DNA of 53,461 nucleotides from a virus: UHGV virus genome UHGV-0032033; one strand, 5' to 3'. Shown piece by piece: positions 53,234 to 53,461 of this stretch (position 1 is its first letter; each line of letters starts with the position of its first letter). The notes under the pieces were generated by a model. It saw only the letters and a program-made list of their open reading frames with translations, ran no database searches and was not told where the DNA came from. The position numbers and the translations under genes were made by a program.

Positions 53234-53461
53234 ATGGGGATGGAAGACAAAATGTTGCGTTATGCCGCCGCGCATCCGTTTGAAGAAGTTTGCGGACTGG
53301 TAATAGATAACGAATATTTTTACCCGTGCGCTAACGTGTCTGAAACGCCCTACAACAGCTTCAAAATTTCGCCGGACGATTACATCAAAGCTGACGAATT
53401 GGGCGTTATAACCGCCGTTTTTCACTCTCACGTTGATGATATTCCGGTATTGTCGGCACGG
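53234..53461 (+). CDS. tail assembly protein K-like, N-terminal portion (continues in frame at base 1)
   Basis: RBS aaggtagg; MGMEDKMLRYAAAHPFEEVCGLVI...; JAMM-type HSHx7SxxD motif completed across the junction (HSHVDDIPVLSAR | D). Confidence 0.75.
   Translation, partial: MGMEDKMLRYAAAHPFEEVCGLVIDNEYFYPCANVSETPYNSFKISPDDYIKADELGVITAVFHSHVDDIPVLSAR

Overview
The window appears to be a complete, circularly permuted ~53.5-kb lambdoid temperate siphophage genome. A lambda K-like tail gene is split across the window ends and reads in frame from 53234..53461 into 1..504. Modules recognised from the translated ORFs: a lambda-like tail set (major tail, chaperone, tape measure, M, L, K, I, J, side tail fibre); a P4-type tyrosine integrase with a convergent AlpA-like excisionase; a leftward early operon (small HTH protein, iteron-containing replication initiator, HTH-metallophosphoesterase, DnaB helicase, NinB); a cI-like S24 repressor; a rightward early operon from a near-consensus promoter (Erf, SSB, many small ORFs, Dam methylase, a compact C5-methyltransferase-like protein, NinG, RusA, Q-like protein); about 30 small same-strand ORFs including two tandem paralog families; a phage-21-type lysis cassette (pinholin, SAR endolysin, Rz/Rz1); and TerS-HNH-TerL, portal and head genes. 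Features not explained by canonical functions: (i) ten tandem micro-ORFs for single-helix hydrophobic peptides between lysis and terminase, missed by the ORF track; (ii) reverse-strand accessory operons inside the tail module, insulated by hairpin terminators; (iii) a 9-16 bp motif (core TACAAAATGG / CATTTTGTA) recurring at intergenic sites; (iv) the paralog arrays. Coordinates of non-coding features and of ORFs absent from the track were counted by hand and may be off by 1-2 nt. All functional calls rest on remembered motifs and gene order, not on database searches.
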